Origin: a virus
Lineage: Duplodnaviria > Heunggongvirae > Uroviricota > Caudoviricetes
Strand: one strand, 5' to 3'
DNA length: 9,500 nt
IMG/VR virus record: IMGVR_UViG_2547132272_000020
Span: 1 to 9,500 of that record
Each line of letters starts with the position of its first letter. The stretch's first letter is position 1. The position numbers and the translations under genes were made by a program. Shown piece by piece: positions 5,165-9,500 of the stretch. Below the pieces are notes generated by a model. It did not search any database, was not told the DNA's origin, and saw only the letters and a program-made list of their open reading frames with translations.

Positions 5165-5878
5165 TTAACCCGGATTTGGTTTCTTTGACGTGATCGTGCT
5201 GTTGCCGCTTTGAACCCCAGTCACATCGTGGCTGTGACCGCTGGCGCTGACACCTTTTATCATCGCGTCGTTTTGCACAGTAAGCGGGCCAATCAGCGAA
5301 GCGGTTGTATCCTTCATCTGGGCTTTGTCCTGGACGATCGGTCCGTTGAGGTGAATTTTCCCGTTCAGGAAAATATCTTCGGCCTCGAGGTAAACAGCTT
5401 TCGACTTTTGCCTGATTTCTTCCGGTGCCACCGTTACCGAGCTACTGCCGTCCTCTGTTTTGAGGATCGCGCCATCCGGACCGTACAAAACGATCTTTTG
5501 CGGATCTTCGTCGGACCAGTCCTTGTTTGCCAGTGGCACGAAAAACAGTGGAGTGAGCGACATCGAGTAAGAGAGCGTCGCCATACCGGTTCCCAATCCG
5601 GACACACCGCGCAGGGATACATCAGCGGCAATTGTTACTCCTCGATCGCCCGGCTGTATCGGGTAACGAATATACGGGAATGTGGCGACAGGGATTGTTA
5701 TCTGCGGAAAGTTGATCCCCTCCGGCAGCATATCAAACTGAACTGTCACTATCTGCCCGCTGACACCGACAACATGGCAGGGCAATTCACGACCTTTAAG
5801 CTCGGCTTGCTGGTTACCAGAACTGGTCATCATCTCCGACAGCGTTCGGAGAAACGGTAATTTTTGAGCGTTTGACAT
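5165..5878 (-). CDS. baseplate spike protein (P2 gpV / Mu gp45 class), 237 aa
   Basis: ATG 5878-5876 overlaps the TAA of the upstream gene (TAATG). Position follows the hub-like gene. The C-terminal region ...MIKGVSASGHSHDVTGVQSGNSTITSKKPNPG carries an H-x-H motif (5228-5236) near the end, as expected for metal-binding apexes of gp5/gpV/gp45-type spikes. Family is assigned by order, size and this motif. Confidence 0.65.
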   Translation of the reverse strand: MSNAQKLPFLRTLSEMMTSSGNQQAELKGRELPCHVVGVSGQIVTVQFDMLPEGINFPQITIPVATFPYIRYPIQPGDRGVTIAADVSLRGVSGLGTGMATLSYSMSLTPLFFVPLANKDWSDEDPQKIVLYGPDGAILKTEDGSSSVTVAPEEIRQKSKAVYLEAEDIFLNGKIHLNGPIVQDKAQMKDTTASLIGPLTVQNDAMIKGVSASGHSHDVTGVQSGNSTITSKKPNPG

Positions 5879-6885
5879 TACACCCTCGCCCAGTTCTCAG
5901 CATATGCCTCAAATACCGTCACCCAGGCATCGCCATCGGCTGTCAGATACGAACCAATGTGTCTGACCGATTTCACAAGAAATTTCCCGGTGAACGTGGT
6001 CGAATTTTTTGCGATAACGCTGGGTGCCGTTGTATTAGCCATCACAATCGACGCAGCACCTGAATATAGCCCCTCCGGCAGTTTAACCACATCACCACAT
6101 CTGATATCGCCCCTCATAGGGCATTTGAAGCTGACGGTAAACGGCGCTATCCATGTCGGCTGCCCGACCAGTTCATGGGCATGAATTGTTTTTGGCTCAC
6201 CCCACTTTGCCGATGCGTTATCGTAGATTCGTATTCTGTCGGAAAGAATACTGATGGCGATTCCGCTGTATTTCTCATCGCGCATCATTGCAATTGAAGC
6301 ACTACGGAGGACCATAGCCAGCGAACCAATATCTTCGTAGGTTCCATTCCACGGTTCCGGCAAAACGAGGCTGTCGCTGACAGTACAATCGATCAACTTA
6401 TTCGGAAATGCCTTTTGCAACGCACGGGAGATTACATCACCAACCTTTTCCCCTTTAAGCCCCTCCCCCTCGATAGAGAACGGTTTACCATCATCTGTTT
6501 TGCGTACGGTTGGATTTATTACCAGGTTTAAGGTCTGGTTCGTGCCGATCCAGTTGGCATAGGCCAGATAAATTTCGCCATAAATAACCTCACCCTGTTG
6601 CTGTGGATTTGCCAAAGGCAATCCCTCAACAAAGCCCGCTTTCATACGGACCAGACACCCCTGCAAACTCACGCTTTGCTTCAGCATGTCGATAGGCAAA
6701 CCGTATATTGTGAGCATCGTTCCTGAATTCACTACATCAAGACCCGCTACCTCCACATCAAATTCAACATGTAGCCCACACCCGGGGGTTTTACTGGTAT
6801 CAAAAGGCCCGATAGGTTTACCGTTGCAATCCACTGGCGGCTTGCCTGTTTTAGGATTGATGATTTCCAGTCGGTAATAGCGCAT
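5878..6885 (-). CDS. putative baseplate hub protein (Mu gp44 / P2 gpD position), 335 aa
   Basis: The ATG at 6885-6883 overlaps the upstream TAA (TAATG), and its own TAA overlaps the spike ATG. Assignment is by synteny (immediately upstream of the spike gene) and size; I recognise no motif with confidence. Confidence 0.5.
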   Translation of the reverse strand: MRYYRLEIINPKTGKPPVDCNGKPIGPFDTSKTPGCGLHVEFDVEVAGLDVVNSGTMLTIYGLPIDMLKQSVSLQGCLVRMKAGFVEGLPLANPQQQGEVIYGEIYLAYANWIGTNQTLNLVINPTVRKTDDGKPFSIEGEGLKGEKVGDVISRALQKAFPNKLIDCTVSDSLVLPEPWNGTYEDIGSLAMVLRSASIAMMRDEKYSGIAISILSDRIRIYDNASAKWGEPKTIHAHELVGQPTWIAPFTVSFKCPMRGDIRCGDVVKLPEGLYSGAASIVMANTTAPSVIAKNSTTFTGKFLVKSVRHIGSYLTADGDAWVTVFEAYAENWARV

Positions 6886-7151
6886 TACGAAACCTCAAAC
6901 TGATTAGAACTTTCACGAAAAACGAGTTTCCCCGGCGAGCAAGGCAGCGCCAGATTGATGTCGTAATTGTCAGGTGACGCGATCAACGGTGTGTACACAA
7001 TCACGTCGCCAGAACTGTCTTTCAGTTCCAGATAGTAACGATTTGCATACAGATTAAACGGAACGCGGGCGAATGTTTCATATTTTCCGATTCTGGCCGT
7101 GAACTGAAACGGACCTCGCCCGTCCGGTTTGAAAGGAATTAACGTTGTCAT
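6885..7151 (-). CDS. small tail-module protein of unknown function (88 aa)
   Basis: ATG 7151-7149 overlaps the TGA of the upstream gene (ATGA). The stop overlaps the start of the hub-like gene. Compact coupling within the structural operon supports a real gene; function unassigned. Confidence 0.45.
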   Translation of the reverse strand: MTTLIPFKPDGRGPFQFTARIGKYETFARVPFNLYANRYYLELKDSSGDVIVYTPLIASPDNYDINLALPCSPGKLVFRESSNQFEVS

Positions 7152-7816
7152 AAGCCAATACCAAACTCCTGCACGACCTGGTTCTTAATACCTGACCACG
7201 ATAGCGGACCGTCTGACGGCATCCCTTTATCAAATTTATCCAGAACGCTCGCCAGCGTCTTTACTGTTTGTTCGACAGATGACAATGGTTGCTCAAATTC
7301 AATCTGCCAGGTGTGCTGCACTTGCTTGTTCTGCTCAGAGAAACCGGATGTATCGATAAACGACCGCATCAGGCAACGCGTATAGATAAACGACGGAGTC
7401 AGAACGGTGTAACAACCGCCATACTGGTTATGCATATCAAGCGCCATTTTCAGCGCCGTGAACGTCATTCCCTTCGTGGTGTAGCCACCGTCCTCCGTTG
7501 ATGCCGGACGGATCATCTGCATGACTACCCGGTTAGGCTTCCTGACGGTCGCATTCGCTGCCGTTACCTGGTTATAGAAATTCAGGTTGCAGATATCCTG
7601 CTGGACCAGCGTTGTCCCGGCCATTGGCGTGAATGCCGCCATCGAGCGTGTACGAATCTCTCCATGCAGCAGACCGTTCGCGATGCTTAGTCCTTCGGTC
7701 AGAACAGCAATCGGCATCACCCCGCCAGGAATTTTCGACGCTATGCCATCAACTAAAAGAATGGGCGAAACTTCAAACGCCAGTTTGAAAGCTTGTCCAA
7801 AGTAATTAAGTGACAT
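7148..7816 (-). CDS. tail-module protein following the tape measure (Mu gp43/N position), 222 aa
   Basis: ATG 7816-7814 lies 3 nt after the tape-measure TAA, with a G-rich stretch (GGGG) upstream. Part of a chain of four translationally coupled genes. Function is by position only. Confidence 0.5.
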   Translation of the reverse strand: MSLNYFGQAFKLAFEVSPILLVDGIASKIPGGVMPIAVLTEGLSIANGLLHGEIRTRSMAAFTPMAGTTLVQQDICNLNFYNQVTAANATVRKPNRVVMQMIRPASTEDGGYTTKGMTFTALKMALDMHNQYGGCYTVLTPSFIYTRCLMRSFIDTSGFSEQNKQVQHTWQIEFEQPLSSVEQTVKTLASVLDKFDKGMPSDGPLSWSGIKNQVVQEFGIGL

Positions 7817-7819
7817 CTT

Positions 7820-9500
7820 TTACCCCGGTATTTGTTGCGTTCCGGCGAGTTGTGCCAGTATGTCGGAACCCGGCGATTGTCGCACCTGAAGCTCAATTAT
7901 TGCGCGGGCATTTTTGCCAGCACCCTGAAGATTATCTCTGGCATTTCTTAGCTGATTCATAATACCAGGGTGTTGATCCAGGGCTCCCTGAATCTGAGGC
8001 AATAATTTAATTAAATATTTTACAGTCTCCATTCTCAAACTTAGATTTCCATCTCTATCAATACGACCTCCGTTATATGCCGTAAGCATTTTTGCCACAT
8101 CGCCTTTATAACGCCGATTCAGATCATTTAAAAAGCGGCCAGCCGCAAGAGTGGATTTATTTGGGTCATAAACATCATCACCCACCAGACCATACTGTTT
8201 TGCGGTGCTATCCCAGAATTGCCACAACCCCTTAGCGAATCTACCTTTTTCATCAGGAGTTCCTCTTGCCAGAGGATTCCACGAAGATTCAACTTCTGCG
8301 ATAGCTGACATCATATTTTTAGGAAGTCGATAAGTATTATTGGCTTGCTCTACAAAGTTCTGAATATTTCTCTTTAAATCATTAGGCATACGGTAATTTT
8401 TATATACATCATCCTGTTTATAAAACTCACCCGTATACTGATTTGTCATCGGGTTTGCTCCCGGCAACGCACCACCGAGATATTTATTTCCAAATGCCGC
8501 AAGAACTGGATCTGCCTGTTCAGCACCAACTCCGGTTCCGGGGAGATATTTATCTTCCCCACCGATCCATTTGATAGCTGACCATATTGCTTTTGCAATC
8601 CGGCTCACCGCCAGAGAAAAATCGTCAAGATCATTTTTAAATTGTTCGCTATTCAGCCACTTACCAAGTTTCTCCAGCCCTTCGCCAGCCTCAGCGAGAA
8701 TTTTCTGAAAATTTCCACCATTCAGAAAACCTTCAATATTGGATGTCAGCCCATCAGATGCACCTGTGATTAGTGGGTTATATCTGGCGAGAGCTGCATA
8801 CCAGGAATTTGATATTCTGTTTCCATTTACCATCAGGTTACTCACCGTATCCTGATAACCTGACTGCATAGCTGGCGTGAGGTAAGCACCGAGCAACCTA
8901 GTATTTGATGCAAATTTCTCGTTCAGTTGGGGGATCTTGTCCAGATTCGCTTCCACCTGGTTAGTTGTCGCGACATCAACAAATCCAAGCCCTTGTCCGT
9001 TGAGAATCCCCTGAGTAAGTCCTGAACCTTTATATTGCTTAACGAGAGATGCAAGCGCGCTCATAAGTTTGGGCAGATTCTTTGCTGCACCATCTCGAGG
9101 ATCAATTCCAAGACTGACCAGACCAGCATAGTTTGGATCATTTGGATTTTTCTGTGCGTTCGCCAGATGCTGAACCAGTTCTTCTGTGCCAGAAAAATAT
9201 GGCGAATAGGTGGCACGTGCGGCCTGCATCTGTGCGGTTTCCATACCCAGCCCCTGAGCCACGCTGTATTGCGCTGCAACCTTGCTCGCCATATATCCGT
9301 ACCCGAAAGCACCGACCGAACCAAGCGCCGCAATTTTGCTCCCCCAGGATACAGTCGTTTTAAACAGCGTTTTCAGTCGTGAATTGGTCGTTTTAAGCGT
9401 TGAATTGATCTGCTTGTAAGTTTTCAGCGTCCCCTGAGCGTTTTTACCCAGACTACTGAGATACTTATCAAATGAACCGCCCCGGGTTTCCTGGAGAGTG
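7820..9500 (-). CDS. tail tape measure protein, C-terminal part with lytic-transglycosylase (SLT)-like domain (partial; continues past window end)
   Basis: The track starts at ATG 9292, but the same frame is open upstream through 9499 (69 further codons, no stop: ...GKNAQGTLKTYKQINSTLKTTNSRLKTLFKTT...), so the gene is truncated by the window. Residues ~320-420 of the track ORF (about 8033-8335) contain ...MMSAIAEVESSWNPLARGTPDEKGRFAKGLWQF..., matching the family-1 lytic transglycosylase active-site signature (catalytic Glu in E-S, codon 8290-8288). The position before the baseplate genes and the low-complexity Ala/Gln/Gly-rich flanks fit a tape measure. Confidence 0.8.
   Translation of the reverse strand, partial: TLQETRGGSFDKYLSSLGKNAQGTLKTYKQINSTLKTTNSRLKTLFKTTVSWGSKIAALGSVGAFGYGYMASKVAAQYSVAQGLGMETAQMQAARATYSPYFSGTEELVQHLANAQKNPNDPNYAGLVSLGIDPRDGAAKNLPKLMSALASLVKQYKGSGLTQGILNGQGLGFVDVATTNQVEANLDKIPQLNEKFASNTRLLGAYLTPAMQSGYQDTVSNLMVNGNRISNSWYAALARYNPLITGASDGLTSNIEGFLNGGNFQKILAEAGEGLEKLGKWLNSEQFKNDLDDFSLAVSRIAKAIWSAIKWIGGEDKYLPGTGVGAEQADPVLAAFGNKYLGGALPGANPMTNQYTGEFYKQDDVYKNYRMPNDLKRNIQNFVEQANNTYRLPKNMMSAIAEVESSWNPLARGTPDEKGRFAKGLWQFWDSTAKQYGLVGDDVYDPNKSTLAAGRFLNDLNRRYKGDVAKMLTAYNGGRIDRDGNLSLRMETVKYLIKLLPQIQGALDQHPGIMNQLRNARDNLQGAGKNARAIIELQVRQSPGSDILAQLAGTQQIPG

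Noticed and set aside
5210-7805. Plus-strand and nested ORFs inside the spike, hub and post-tape-measure genes (5210..5860, 5434..5631, 5872..6063, 5957..6184, 6686..6877, 7289..7501, 7587..7805)
   Set aside because: All are antisense or out-of-frame shadows of the tightly coupled minus-strand structural genes.
9035-9382. ORFs 9035..9382 (+), 9061..9333 (-) and 9133..9363 (+)
   Set aside because: They lie within the tape-measure gene, whose frame is open to the window edge; Arg/Cys/His-rich shadow translations.
1-9500. CRISPR arrays, tRNA/rRNA genes, IS elements, integrase or att sites
   Set aside because: No spaced identical repeats, tRNA-like cloverleaf candidates, terminal inverted repeats or transposase/integrase-like ORFs were seen in the window.

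Overview
This window reads as a minus-strand contractile-tail baseplate module with Mu-like gene order, probably from an enterobacterial prophage or tailocin, interrupted in two places by accessory genes. The structural genes are: the 3' part of a tape-measure gene with an internal lytic-transglycosylase-like domain, four translationally coupled genes ending in a spike gene, a gp25-like wedge gene, a baseplate-J-like gene, a gp48/gpI-position gene and the 5' part of a tail fiber gene. Interruption one (4712-5164, between spike and gp25-like) is an intrinsic terminator followed by two overlapping small ORFs encoding C-terminally hydrophobic peptides. Interruption two (2572-4388, between gp25-like and baseplate J) carries a plus-strand AntA-type antirepressor gene with a repeat-rich leader, and a strongly AT-rich convergent pair (a secreted ~129-aa protein and a membrane-anchored 158-aa protein) sharing a perfect bidirectional terminator. 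I cannot place the AT-rich pair or the small-peptide pair in any family; they are the best candidates for an undescribed accessory function such as superinfection exclusion or defence. All family assignments come from reading translations, motifs and gene order; no database search or computation was run, and base-composition statements are by eye.
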